Positions 1 through 7,765 of a stretch of DNA of 16,043 nt are shown here, in pieces. Where the stretch lies: IMG/VR virus record IMGVR_UViG_3300033405_000009, one strand, 5' to 3'. The notes under the pieces are model-generated. The model worked only from the letters and a program-made list of their open reading frames with translations. It made no database searches and had not been told where the DNA came from. Numbering within the stretch: the first letter of the stretch is position 1; every line of letters begins with the position of its first letter. Source of the stretch: a virus. A program made the position numbers and the translations under genes.

Positions 1-580
1 TGGTCACCATGATTTCCTCGATGAGGTCCCTTTGCTGGGACCTCTTGGTCTTGGAGAGCATCTCCCGTGCGCTCACGAAACCTGACGCGTAGGTCTCGCA
101 GAGCGTGCGGACATGGGCGATCTCGAGGGCGATCTTCTCGGGCTCGGCGTTCTTGTAGACGTCCATGAAGGACAGGTCCGGATTCACCGTAAGCTGCAAC
201 CTCGCTGGACGCGAATCCGTAGTAGGGAGCTGGGTGACCACAACCTCGACGCGGTATTTCATGCTTTGAAGCCCCATGGACACTTCCTGGGCCAGGCCCC
301 AGTCCTCCGTAGTCAAGATGGGCTTGGCGAGTACATCCTTGTTGGCCTCCAAAACTACATCCCGGCGCTTCTCGCGGAGAAGCTGGTCGTGCCAACGCAA
401 GAGAACACACACGCGTTCTGCTTGCTCATCCTTGCTCTTCAGCTGCTTCCAATCCGTGGGATGCTTGTGGTGCACGTGCTCGAGAGCCAAGAAGAGTCTC
501 TCCAACTCATTCTTGCTACATTCTTGCCCCAGCTTGTAAGACTCCCGCGGTGCATTCTCGATCGTGGTCTCAGGCGTCAT
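1..580 (-). CDS. Hypothetical protein, 3'-partial (runs off window start). My own translation of the minus strand from the ATG at 578-580 gives more than 190 codons without a stop (MTPETTIENAPRESYKLGQECSKNELERLF...). It is not in the ORF track because no stop lies inside the window.
   Basis: Long open frame in a GC-rich region. A GGAGG Shine-Dalgarno lies 6 nt upstream of the ATG (586-590 on plus, read as cctcc). The conserved promoter motif F sits immediately upstream. The plus-strand ORF 113..643 on the opposite strand is L/R-rich with an antisense look. Confidence 0.55.
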   Translation of the reverse strand, partial: MTPETTIENAPRESYKLGQECSKNELERLFLALEHVHHKHPTDWKQLKSKDEQAERVCVLLRWHDQLLREKRRDVVLEANKDVLAKPILTTEDWGLAQEVSMGLQSMKYRVEVVVTQLPTTDSRPARLQLTVNPDLSFMDVYKNAEPEKIALEIAHVRTLCETYASGFVSAREMLSKTKRSQQRDLIEEIMVT

Positions 581-597
581 CTGAACCTCCACGATCG

Positions 598-624
598 AGT
601 ACGCATCGGCCCGGACAACTTACG
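598..624 (-). promoter_or_regulatory. Conserved promoter/leader motif, instance F. In gene orientation it reads CGTAAGTT-N12-GCGTAC-N8-GGAGG-N6-ATG.
   Basis: One of 6-7 copies of a bipartite motif seen directly in the sequence (plus strand: GTACGCATC...AACTTACG). It is followed by an SD and the start of gene 1..580. The N12 spacer contains the inverted repeat CGGCCCGG/CCGGGCCG. Confidence 0.5.
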
Positions 625-658
625 CTGGCCGGGCCGATTGTGACGGAGGATGAGCCGG

Positions 659-1063
659 TCAGAAGCCAGGAACACCTGCGCCGCCGCTGTGGCCCTGCGC
701 GGCCTCCTTCTCCTTCTGTGCGGTATCGCCGTCGATGAGCATGGTGTAGAACTCGTTCTCCGACAGGATCTTCCAGCCGTTGCGCTCGGCCTCGATGAGC
801 TTGGAACTCTTCTTCGGCTGCACGGTGCTGTTCGCGTTCCAGTCCTTGTTCGTGATGAGGAACCGCTCCCGGCCCCAAACGTTCTTCGGGCGCTCCTCGA
901 AGGCCCCACCCGCGCGCTGGATGATCGCTACGATCTCTTCGCGAGGACGTCCGAGGTGCCCCGTGATGGAGAACGTCTTGCCCTTGAGCACACCCGTGAT
1001 CTCCATCACGTCGATCACTGCCGCCAGATTCGCCTCATCCGTCTTCGTTCGTGCCATGTTCAT
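659..1063 (-). CDS. BRCT-domain protein (134 aa)
   Basis: The central segment GKTFSITGHLGRPREEIVAIIQRAGGAFEERPKNVWGRERFLITNKDWNANSTVQPKKSSKLIEAERNGWKILSENEFYTML matches the BRCT fold pattern as seen in the C-terminus of NAD-dependent DNA ligase: a GKT(F/V)(V/I)TG... segment, a hydrophobic core and a W-(K/R)-I-L/ee-F motif. The gene is GC-rich, has an ATG start and a GGAGG SD, and motif B lies upstream. Confidence 0.55.
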   Translation of the reverse strand: MNMARTKTDEANLAAVIDVMEITGVLKGKTFSITGHLGRPREEIVAIIQRAGGAFEERPKNVWGRERFLITNKDWNANSTVQPKKSSKLIEAERNGWKILSENEFYTMLIDGDTAQKEKEAAQGHSGGAGVPGF

Positions 1064-1078
1064 TTCCTCCGCGGTCGG

Positions 1079-1104
1079 ATACGCGCACTGCTGCGCAATT
1101 TACG
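1079..1104 (-). promoter_or_regulatory. Conserved promoter/leader motif, instance B: CGTAAATT-N12-GCGCGTAT-N9-GGAGG-N7-ATG.
   Basis: Plus strand shows ATACGCGC...AATTTACG. It sits upstream of the BRCT gene start at 1063. The spacer has the dyad TGCGCA..TGCGCG. Confidence 0.55.
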
Positions 1105-1110
1105 ACGCGT

Positions 1111-1611
1111 TCATTTGTCCATCACATCAGTAATGAATGATTCTCGAAGATCACCGCTGCCTTCTCGACAACAATCCTCGTATTCCTTGTATGGATCTAG
1201 AAACAGTCGCACCAGGATGAGATCCATTCCTACATCGAATTTGGAAGAACCGATAGATGCTTGTAGTAGCGCCCTTGGAACTGCGAGGTGTGCCATAACC
1301 CGCACATTTGGATCCTCAAAATCATGCGAGTCCTCTTTGCGTTGCGCAAGATGACGAAGGACTTTCGCAAGGTCAAATTTTCCTTCAAGGAGAAAGACTT
1401 CATCTTCCATCAGTTCATTGTCGGCATCCGGAAGATGGCTCTTAAGCAGCCACACGGATCTCCACTTTTGAATAAATGCGTGGAGAGCGTCTTCGGTTTG
1501 GACCTGATTCAGTTCGTTTAGATACGACTCCACGATCTCATTGGTTGCAGCAGCCCTATCTCGGTCAAAAGGAATGACCGGCAAGTCTAGCAAACACTTA
1601 TCTTTGATCAT
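1111..1611 (-). CDS. Hypothetical protein (~166 aa). The start is probably the internal ATG at 1611, which forms an ATGA overlap with the upstream gene's stop. The ORF track extends it to 1665.
   Basis: ATGGCTTCATGATCAAAG gives MAS* followed by MIK at the junction. It is an AT-richer small gene in a coupled operon. Confidence 0.45.
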   Translation of the reverse strand: MIKDKCLLDLPVIPFDRDRAAATNEIVESYLNELNQVQTEDALHAFIQKWRSVWLLKSHLPDADNELMEDEVFLLEGKFDLAKVLRHLAQRKEDSHDFEDPNVRVMAHLAVPRALLQASIGSSKFDVGMDLILVRLFLDPYKEYEDCCREGSGDLRESFITDVMDK

Positions 1612-2015
1612 GAAGCCATCACTTCCCAGCACATCCATTCCTTGTGAGTCAGGAATTGGATGCAATCTCCTGGTTCCGATGCCCTAAGGGCCTCGTAACA
1701 TTTGACAATCTGAGTAACATCCACGCCCGGAGGGATCGCAATTTTACACGGGTACCTCTGGTCGATCTGATCTTTGGTATCCTTGAGTCCGTATCCGAGA
1801 TGCTCTCGGAGAATCTTGATGCACTGAATCTTATTTACAGGATGCTTTGTGATCACGAGTGAACGTTGTGTGGCGTCGGGCATCCCCATGGCCACTGCAC
1901 CACGCCAGGCCGTCTTGCAAAAGACAATGAACTGTTCTTCGGTCAGAGTATCCGATTCTTCGGACAACTCCATGACCAGGTTTGTGTCACCCGTTACGCG
2001 CAGGTAAATCTTCAC
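1608..2015 (-). CDS. Small protein with a ribosomal L7/L12 C-terminal-domain-like segment (135 aa, GTG start).
   Basis: NKIQCIKILREHLGYGLKDTKDQIDQRYPCKIAIPPGVDVTQIVKCYEALRASEPGD resembles the L7/L12 C-terminal domain (K-IGVIK-VRE-TGLGLKEAKDLVD-AP...VSK--AEE-K--LE-AGA). The GTG start overlaps the upstream stop as GTGA. Confidence 0.4.
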   Translation of the reverse strand: MKIYLRVTGDTNLVMELSEESDTLTEEQFIVFCKTAWRGAVAMGMPDATQRSLVITKHPVNKIQCIKILREHLGYGLKDTKDQIDQRYPCKIAIPPGVDVTQIVKCYEALRASEPGDCIQFLTHKEWMCWEVMAS

Positions 2016-2410
2016 ACTTTCGGTACGCGCGCGAGCGCCGCATCTGCGGCTTTCTTGGCATCATGTTCATCTGGGCAAACACCTGATTCAATGGCTAGTC
2101 CGACCTCAGATCCCCAGACTCTCCAAGCCCAACCTTCTGGGTTTTTCCAAACCACCGCAGCAAGATTCCTAGAATCGCCAAAATAACAACGATCCCAAAA
2201 ATTCAACTCTTCATCGTGAGCCCATGGACCCGGCCTCCCATCGGAAGTGTCCACAATCTTAATTTGTACGTCTTCCGGAACTGTAACACTAGCTTCAACA
2301 GGTTGAGCCTGACGGGTCTTAGCCTCTCTCTTAGCTGCAGCTCGAGCTTTGAGCGATGCAGAAATTTTGGCAAGAGTTTCTGCGCTATGAACTACCTTCT
2401 TTTCTGACAC
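2012..2410 (-). CDS. YegP/DUF1508-like protein with a Lys/Ala-rich N-terminal tail (132 aa, GTG start).
   Basis: The C-terminal NLAAVVWKNPEGWAWRVWGSEVGLAIESGVCPDEHDAKKAADAAL matches the YegP repeat pattern (gewRwRL-a-NGeiia-SegY-sk-a-kaI). The N-terminus KKVVHSAETLAKISASLKARAAAKREAKTRQ is a basic A/K-rich tail. Confidence 0.4.
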   Translation of the reverse strand: MSEKKVVHSAETLAKISASLKARAAAKREAKTRQAQPVEASVTVPEDVQIKIVDTSDGRPGPWAHDEELNFWDRCYFGDSRNLAAVVWKNPEGWAWRVWGSEVGLAIESGVCPDEHDAKKAADAALARVPKV

Positions 2411-2500
2411 TCTCTGGCACCCTTCACATCTCCATTACATTCTGCACCATTGGCTCGTTAAACACTTCCATTACTCGTTCAGGTGGACATTTCAGGTCCA

Positions 2501-2866
2501 TCAACTTTCCAAAACGGACTTTACGAGCGCCTCATCCAGGATTTTTTGCATCTCATCCGGAGTGCGAATATGAATCAAGGCCTCGAAAAGATATGATGCC
2601 GTCGTATCTTCTTTGAAAGAGCGACCCTTCCCAAAAATGAAAATCTTCTTCCGAGGAGAATGTTTCTTAAAACGCCACTTATCGATTACGGATGAGACGA
2701 GAGGATAAGGAGTCCCCGGTTGACAACGAAAATCCGGCCAAATGGAAAGAGCTTCCCAAATAGCGAGATCATTAATTTGCATGCCAATGACGCTAGTATG
2801 CGAAATGTGAGCCGTCAACTGCTCCACTTTAGTGGAGAGTGTACCGAATAGAGAATCTTTCTTCAT
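2501..2866 (-). CDS. Hypothetical protein (121 aa)
   Basis: ORF in a coupled minus-strand array. It overlaps the upstream gene by 4 nt and ends in the C-terminal motif ...VLES. Confidence 0.45.
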   Translation of the reverse strand: MKKDSLFGTLSTKVEQLTAHISHTSVIGMQINDLAIWEALSIWPDFRCQPGTPYPLVSSVIDKWRFKKHSPRKKIFIFGKGRSFKEDTTASYLFEALIHIRTPDEMQKILDEALVKSVLES

Positions 2867-3186
2867 TCCTCCATCACTAGCTTTACAATCGCGTTGTCAG
2901 TGATATTTTTCATTTCCGTGCGCGTGCGAATGTATGCAACAGTCTGCATTCGTACTTTGTGCACGAACAGGAAGAGCGTAAATCCTCGCGCGTCGTCCGG
3001 TTTGCATCGCCACATGTCTACTACATCGGAGATGAAATACTTCGAATGCCCGTCTCTCATGCGCTGATTGTCTTGCGAGGTGACAAGCACAGTCCACAGT
3101 GCTTCATCAGTCACATCGACACCGACAATCCGAGCCTTCGGCAACCTGCGACGAAACTCCGCCACTCTGTCAGATACGAAACTCAT
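2863..3186 (-). CDS. Hypothetical protein (~107 aa; ATG at 3184-3186, 1-nt TGATG overlap with the upstream stop).
   Basis: ORF in the coupled array. TTGATGAGT lies at the junction. Confidence 0.45.
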   Translation of the reverse strand: MSFVSDRVAEFRRRLPKARIVGVDVTDEALWTVLVTSQDNQRMRDGHSKYFISDVVDMWRCKPDDARGFTLFLFVHKVRMQTVAYIRTRTEMKNITDNAIVKLVMEE

Positions 3187-3734
3187 CAAGCCACCATGAC
3201 ACCTTCAACTAGGATGAGATCCATCATTTCGATGATCTCATCTCGAGTTACGCCGTTTTCAAATGCCGATTTCAATGCCGGTTGAATGATGTCAAGCGCC
3301 ATCTTCCTTCCATGGGCGCGCTGCTTCTTCTCCGGTTCACCTCGATTGATGTAATCCACCAACTGATCATGAAATTTCTTCCCAGCCCCATTACTGATGA
3401 TTGCCTCGAAAATGGCGTGTCCGTATCCAACTTGACCCTTCAATTTCGCTTGGAGTTCTTCGGTTCCATGCTTCTGGAAGGCATGCATGAGTTTACTATC
3501 ATAGTCGTACCAGGTACGACTATCCATGATCTCATATACTGGAAGACGCAATTCGAGCTTAGGTTCAAACGGAGGAGTTGGATCGCCTTCAAGCACGAGT
3601 CTCACCAGAATCGAAGAGCCCGTCTTATTAACAGGTCTAATACTTTTGATTGAATATCGTGCAATGGCTGCATCCACCCGTCGATACTCGGGTGTTGCCA
3701 AGATCTTGGCTCTCCATTCTGCATCCGAAAGCAT
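3186..3734 (-). CDS. Hypothetical protein (~182 aa; ATG at 3732-3734).
   Basis: GGAGGATTGATG provides a strong SD 5 nt before the ATG. The SD spans the upstream stop. Confidence 0.5.
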   Translation of the reverse strand: MLSDAEWRAKILATPEYRRVDAAIARYSIKSIRPVNKTGSSILVRLVLEGDPTPPFEPKLELRLPVYEIMDSRTWYDYDSKLMHAFQKHGTEELQAKLKGQVGYGHAIFEAIISNGAGKKFHDQLVDYINRGEPEKKQRAHGRKMALDIIQPALKSAFENGVTRDEIIEMMDLILVEGVMVA

Positions 3735-3744
3735 CAATCCTCCG

Positions 3745-4095
3745 TCATGAGTTTAGGACAGATTCCACGATAGCTCGATTCAGGCGCTCTTCGAGTGCGG
3801 CATGCGGACCGATATGGATGGTTACATATCCACGCGAACGATCTCGAAAGGCAAACAGAGTCAGAGGGACCGCGTTTTTGTGTGCCTTCACATTGCGCCG
3901 GTCCCAAATCTTGCGAAGTTCCACAACGCTGGAAGCACTAACGGATTCATCCCGGCGGAGAACATTCCACACAGGAGAATCTACGTTCCAGACTTTGCAA
4001 TTCTTGGTAACATGACGGCGAAGAGTGTCCTCCAGCAATCCGATATTCTTCACTCGATCTAGGATTCCGGCAGAGTAATCCATACACCGACTCAT
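3745..4095 (-). CDS. Hypothetical protein (116 aa)
   Basis: ORF with an ATG start 1 nt after the upstream stop (TGAAATG). Confidence 0.45.
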   Translation of the reverse strand: MSRCMDYSAGILDRVKNIGLLEDTLRRHVTKNCKVWNVDSPVWNVLRRDESVSASSVVELRKIWDRRNVKAHKNAVPLTLFAFRDRSRGYVTIHIGPHAALEERLNRAIVESVLNS

Positions 4096-4096
4096 T

Positions 4097-4291
4097 TCAT
4101 GAGTTCATGATCATCCCAACCAGATACTCTTCCATGGAAATCGGTGACGGCCAACCCCAATTCCGATGCGGTGCGCACCTGCACAAATAAAGCCCGGCAA
4201 GGTAGTGGAACTGCACTTTTTCAGCACCACAAGGCTTCCCCCTGAGAGGACCGTGCTCGTAAATGTAATCACATTGGAATTTCTCAGGCAT
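4097..4291 (-). CDS. Small Cys-containing protein (~64 aa, MPEKFQCDYIYEHGPLRGKPCGAEKVQFHYLAGLYLCRCAPHRNWGW...). The ORF track's longer 128-aa version overlaps the VWA gene and the hairpin, so I trimmed it.
   Basis: ATG at 4289-4291 with a GGGTG SD-like sequence upstream. There are four Cys residues that could bind a metal. The 20-bp hairpin lies immediately upstream of it. Confidence 0.35.
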   Translation of the reverse strand: MPEKFQCDYIYEHGPLRGKPCGAEKVQFHYLAGLYLCRCAPHRNWGWPSPISMEEYLVGMIMNS

Positions 4292-4302
4292 GATCGCACC
4301 CG

Positions 4303-4347
4303 TGCAGTATATGGCAGGGATCATTGCGATCCCTGCCATATACTGCA
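4303..4347. promoter_or_regulatory. Perfect hairpin with a 20-bp stem and 5-nt loop (TGCAGTATATGGCAGGGATC-attgc-GATCCCTGCCATATACTGCA). It sits between the VWA gene stop (4353) and the next gene start (4291).
   Basis: Exact inverted repeat read directly from the sequence. No U-tract follows on either strand, so it is not a canonical intrinsic terminator. It could instead be an RNase III-type processing site, a protein operator or an attenuator. Confidence 0.6.
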
Positions 4348-4352
4348 GACTA

Positions 4353-5954
4353 CTAGAGCCTGCTGTTGCGGAGCGGAGCCACGCGCCCGAAGGAGGGCTT
4401 GTACTCCTTCGACTTGCGGGTGATGACCCACACCACGTCCATCCCAGAGGGCCTGAGCTTCTCGGGGACCACGCCGCAGTCACCGTCCGTGATGATGATC
4501 ACCACGTCGAACTCCTTCCCCAACTTCTCAGGGAACTCCGCGAAGAACTGATCGAAAACCGTGCCTCCGCGGCCGACGATCTTCGTCCGCTTGATGTCGC
4601 TCTTCTGCGTGACCCTCTGCACCTCGTCCCACTTCGGCGAGGCATCGCAGCAGACCAGATGACCCTCGGTGTTGTCTCCGAGGACCTGAAGTTGGGAAAG
4701 CCCATAACGCAGATCATCGTCGCTCATGGACCCGCTCGTGTCGATCATGGCAAGCCACCGAGGCATGTGGGTGTGCCGGCGAGGCAGGTACTGCTTGGGG
4801 GTGGCATTGAGCCACCGCCGCCGCAGACGCTTCCAATCGTTCTTCATGCCGGCGTCCTGCACCTTCCGCATGAGAGCGGACCGCACGATATCGGTGAACT
4901 TGAGGGTAGGCTTGTACAGCTCCCCGAGGACATCCTCGATGTCGCTGGGAACCGACCCACGCATCGTGACAGCAGCTTGCGCTGCTCTCATGACATCGCT
5001 CATCACCTCTTCCTTGGTGACGGCCGCCTGCATGTGGGCGTCCATAGACGACAAGGGATCGTGCGAGGAGCCGCACTTGGGGCAGCTGTGGTCTCCCGGG
5101 TCTCCGTGTCCATCCCCACACTGATGGGGACCTTGCCCTTGACCACCACCAGGCTGCTGCCCGTTCTGGCCCTGTCCTTGGCCCTGTCCAGGGCTCTGGC
5201 CCTTCTGACCAGGCTTCTGCCCCTTCCCACCCTGACCCTGCTGTCCCTGGCCCTGCTTCTTCGCCTTGCCGGTCTTGGGATCCATGGAGAGAGCGCCGCA
5301 CTGAGGACACTTGCGGGGGCTCTTGTCCCAATGCTTCATGATCTCTTCGTAGATGCTCTCGGGCGAGCGCCCGTGGAGCGTCTTATCCGCGAAGACGCGG
5401 GACTTGCCGTCATCGGGGATCTCCTGCTTGCCGTCGATGAAGGCGAGGAGCTCTGCGAAGGGGAGGGCCTCACCGAGCGCACCACCCCAGAGCTTGGGAC
5501 CCTTGAAGCCGGCCTTCTCACGCGAGATCTCGATCACCGCGTTGACAACGTAGTCGATGGCCCAGTTGAAGATCCGGGGGTTCATCCCGAGCCCACGCTG
5601 GCAATGGTAGAAGATGACGTGGTAACCTTCGTGCTCCATGACGACGGGAACCTCGTCGCCGTTGAGGCTCGCGAGGAAATCCGGATGCCAGTAGAACTTC
5701 TTGCCATCCGTGGCCGCCGTGGTGAACATCCCCTTCGGGTGCCCCGGCAACTCGTCGGCCAGCTCGTGCGGCTTCGGCGCCGTCAGCGCAAAGAGGAAGG
5801 GGTTACCACCGTTCGAAGGTTGGCGGTAGAGCCGCGTCATGCAATTGGTGATCTTGGTCTGAAGCTCCGCCAAGCGGGCGTTGTCGTAGGAGCCGTCCTC
5901 CTGCTTCAACACCATGCGCGGATCCTTGAGCCGTGCTCCGATCGTCGTCATCAT
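4353..5954 (-). CDS. VWA-domain protein with an N-terminal HExxH putative metallopeptidase domain (DUF2201/vWA-MoxR-associated type; CobT/ViaA-like partner of a MoxR ATPase), 533 aa.
   Basis: HEGYH zinc-peptidase motif near aa ~110. MIDAS motif DTSGSMSD and VVIIITDGD in the C-terminal VWA domain. Central split Zn-ribbon CPQCG...CPKCG. GC-rich, ATGATG start, and motif A with GGAGG upstream. Confidence 0.75.
   Translation of the reverse strand: MMTTIGARLKDPRMVLKQEDGSYDNARLAELQTKITNCMTRLYRQPSNGGNPFLFALTAPKPHELADELPGHPKGMFTTAATDGKKFYWHPDFLASLNGDEVPVVMEHEGYHVIFYHCQRGLGMNPRIFNWAIDYVVNAVIEISREKAGFKGPKLWGGALGEALPFAELLAFIDGKQEIPDDGKSRVFADKTLHGRSPESIYEEIMKHWDKSPRKCPQCGALSMDPKTGKAKKQGQGQQGQGGKGQKPGQKGQSPGQGQGQGQNGQQPGGGQGQGPHQCGDGHGDPGDHSCPKCGSSHDPLSSMDAHMQAAVTKEEVMSDVMRAAQAAVTMRGSVPSDIEDVLGELYKPTLKFTDIVRSALMRKVQDAGMKNDWKRLRRRWLNATPKQYLPRRHTHMPRWLAMIDTSGSMSDDDLRYGLSQLQVLGDNTEGHLVCCDASPKWDEVQRVTQKSDIKRTKIVGRGGTVFDQFFAEFPEKLGKEFDVVIIITDGDCGVVPEKLRPSGMDVVWVITRKSKEYKPSFGRVAPLRNSRL
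5100..5290. repeat. Low-complexity CTGGCCCTG-type simple repeat. It encodes a GQ/PGQ-rich linker (KKQGQGQQGQGGKGQKPGQKGQSPGQGQGQGQNGQQPGGGQGQGP) inside the VWA protein, between the two CxxCG halves.
   Basis: Imperfect tandem repeats are visible in the DNA and the protein. Confidence 0.6.
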
Positions 5955-5970
5955 TCACCTCCACACACCA

Positions 5971-5996
5971 ATACGCGCGCGATTGCGGAATTTACG
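5971..5996 (-). promoter_or_regulatory. Conserved promoter/leader motif, instance A: CGTAAATT-N12-GCGCGTATT-N7-GGAGG-N6-ATGATG.
   Basis: Plus strand shows ATACGCGCGCGATTGCGGAATTTACG. It lies upstream of the VWA gene start at 5954. Confidence 0.55.
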
Positions 5997-6012
5997 CGGC
6001 GAATGCGAGTTA

Positions 6013-6237
6013 TCAGCTTTCCAAAATTGCATTTACGATAATTTCCTCACAAGTGAGACGTACAACTTTACGAACATTCCAAGCATCCGTAGCAGGGGTT
6101 CTCAAATGAACTTCCATTTGCAAATCTACCGGCGGAAGCTCAGGATTCCAAGAGGAGGATTTACAATTGGAGCAAATCCACTCGGGCGGCAAAGGTTTGC
6201 CACCGGAAATGACCCCGCGCCGCCATACATGACCCAT
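6013..6237 (-). CDS. Hypothetical small protein (74 aa), ends ...ILES.
   Basis: ORF with an ATG start. It is the first gene of the AT-rich cassette downstream of motif A. Confidence 0.35.
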   Translation of the reverse strand: MGHVWRRGVISGGKPLPPEWICSNCKSSSWNPELPPVDLQMEVHLRTPATDAWNVRKVVRLTCEEIIVNAILES

Positions 6238-6272
6238 TGATCACAGTACGCTCAGCCACGCAGGATTTCTGC

Positions 6273-6707
6273 CTATTTCTCAATGGAGAAGGCCAACTTG
6301 AGTTTATCAAATTCAAACCATGGAGGTCTTCCTCGTTGATAGTTTATGAGTAAGGCTCCGGTTCTATATAAAATGAAAACGCGAGCATGCTCTTGTGGAT
6401 TAGCGAACCACTCAGCGAACTTCCTATTCTTGTAAGAATCTCCGATCTGTGGACCTAAGAGGTCAATGTATTCCTTTGACATAGCAAAAACTTTAACGGA
6501 TGCTTTACCGTTCCATCCCATTGAACGTGCCAATCGTACTTCTTCATCATCCATATCCGGAGGAATAGCAACTACCACGGCTCCCATGCTTGTTAATCGT
6601 AGGATTCGTGTCTCATTAGGGAGAATGACGTTGCGCATGATGATGTCAATCACCTTCTGGCGCTCTTCATCATTATCCATCAAACTTGCGGGTTTGTATT
6701 CGTGCAT
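6273..6707 (-). CDS. Hypothetical protein (~144 aa; ATG at 6705-6707, TGATG overlap).
   Basis: AT-rich ORF, translationally coupled to the upstream gene. Confidence 0.45.
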   Translation of the reverse strand: MHEYKPASLMDNDEERQKVIDIIMRNVILPNETRILRLTSMGAVVVAIPPDMDDEEVRLARSMGWNGKASVKVFAMSKEYIDLLGPQIGDSYKNRKFAEWFANPQEHARVFILYRTGALLINYQRGRPPWFEFDKLKLAFSIEK

Positions 6708-6910
6708 CACGATTCCATGATTTCAAAAATCAAGAATTCTTCATCGGTCAGTTTCTTCCATTTATTGCGATTATCATTCTCGGATAGCATCGCCATAACT
6801 GAGCTTGGATGACACTCTTCACAAAAGAGATCCATTACAACAAGATCGTTCTGATAGAAGTACTCGTATCCAAATGAGGCATCCTTCTCACATCGGTCAC
6901 ATTGAACCAT
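6707..6910 (-). CDS. Small Zn-ribbon-like protein (~67 aa; CDRCEK...CEECH).
   Basis: Two CxxC pairs. ATG at 6908-6910 overlaps the upstream stop as TGATG. Confidence 0.4.
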   Translation of the reverse strand: MVQCDRCEKDASFGYEYFYQNDLVVMDLFCEECHPSSVMAMLSENDNRNKWKKLTDEEFLIFEIMES

Positions 6911-7203
6911 CAATTCTCCATAGAACTACGTACGATTTCGAGATCACACTCTGTCTCATCATGGTGCAATTTCGCTGTAGACCAGTAGAAACCACCACAT
7001 CTTGAACATGTCTCCGGACTCGCTAATCTGGGAAGGGGTGAGAGTGATTTATATTCAGGATGAGGTGGCCCATACCAAATCACCCCAACCACGATTGCAA
7101 TTAATCCGGCGATGCAAAAGACGCCTCCGAAAATCGAACGTTCAGCCGCAGCCCATGCAATACCAAACAGGAAAATTGTGAACCAAACTGAAAGAATCTT
7201 CAT
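6910..7203 (-). CDS. Small membrane protein with two predicted TM helices (ILSVWFTIFLFGIAWAAA; IFGGVFCIAGLIAIVVGVIWY) and a Cys-containing soluble C-terminus. It may be holin-like.
   Basis: Hydrophobic segments with an ATG start. The start has a 4-nt ATGA overlap with the stop of the upstream gene 7200..7586. Confidence 0.45.
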   Translation of the reverse strand: MKILSVWFTIFLFGIAWAAAERSIFGGVFCIAGLIAIVVGVIWYGPPHPEYKSLSPLPRLASPETCSRCGGFYWSTAKLHHDETECDLEIVRSSMEN

Positions 7204-7586
7204 TTGGCGCCATTCCGAATCTTAAGCACTTCTGCATGAAGCACATCCAACGCGGCTCGCGTCCGACCAAGAAGAAGAGCATCGTCCGCTGGAACTACAA
7301 CTGCTACAATCAAACGACTTCGTTTCTTTTGACGAAACCGCTGGGCTTCCTTCGGTGAAGATTTTGATTGAAGATAGAGAGGACCGACATCAGTCTCTAC
7401 TACCACATCAATCCCACAAGCATCTTCCGCTTTAGTCGCTAGACGTACGCTCGTGATCCACGCACGACCCGTGTTCAATCCCTGCGCGCCGAGTGTGGCG
7501 AGGTTTTGTACCGCATCGACAAGCCGACGCTCTGAGACTTGACCGCGCTCATTTGAGACATGCCCGAGTAGTTTAGAGACTCTCAT
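7200..7586 (-). CDS. Hypothetical protein (128 aa). GIDVVVETDVGPLYLQSK may be a PD-(D/E)xK-like motif, which is weak evidence.
   Basis: ATGA overlap with the upstream gene. Confidence 0.4.
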   Translation of the reverse strand: MRVSKLLGHVSNERGQVSERRLVDAVQNLATLGAQGLNTGRAWITSVRLATKAEDACGIDVVVETDVGPLYLQSKSSPKEAQRFRQKKRSRLIVAVVVPADDALLLGRTRAALDVLHAEVLKIRNGAK

Positions 7587-7765
7587 GTATCCAGCACCGA
7601 GCGTACAATTTCAAGAGTTGGATCTTCCAAACAATCGGATTGGACCCATTCTCGCCAGTCAAAATAATATGGGCGAAGCCCATTCATTTCGGCTTTGCAC
7701 TTAGAGCAAACATATTCATAATCCAGGTCCAGTTCCAGAACTGGTTGCCAGTCGTGCGCTGTCAT
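7583..7765 (-). CDS. Small Cys-containing protein (~60 aa, MTAHDWQPVLELDLDYEYVCSKCKAEM...). The ORF track's TTG-extended start at 7816 is less likely.
   Basis: Internal ATG. The long structured non-coding region lies upstream. Confidence 0.35.
   Translation of the reverse strand: MTAHDWQPVLELDLDYEYVCSKCKAEMNGLRPYYFDWREWVQSDCLEDPTLEIVRSVLDT

Noticed and set aside
113-1354. Plus-strand ORFs 113..643, 276..539, 550..738, 650..1354 and 780..1133
   Set aside because: They lie antisense to GC-rich minus-strand genes (1..580 and the BRCT gene). They are L/R/A-rich with low complexity, which is typical of antisense frames in GC-rich DNA. They have no SD and no promoter motif.
2411-2500. Mini-ORFs (10 and 15 codons, MDLKCPPERV and MEVFNEPMVQNVMEM) in the 90-bp gap
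   Set aside because: They are too short and lack an SD. The gap is more plausibly an intergenic or terminator region.
4097-4483. 128-aa version of the small gene overlapping the VWA 3' end
   Set aside because: It overlaps the VWA coding end and the 20-bp hairpin. I trimmed it to the ATG at 4291, which lies after the VWA stop.
4290-6041. 583-aa plus-strand ORF and several 60-200-aa ORFs (4714..5331, 4726..5124, 5003..5230, 5336..5521 and others) overlapping the VWA gene
   Set aside because: They are antisense or shifted frames of a GC-rich gene whose minus-strand product has clear HExxH/MIDAS motifs. Their R/P/G/A-rich composition looks like an artefact.
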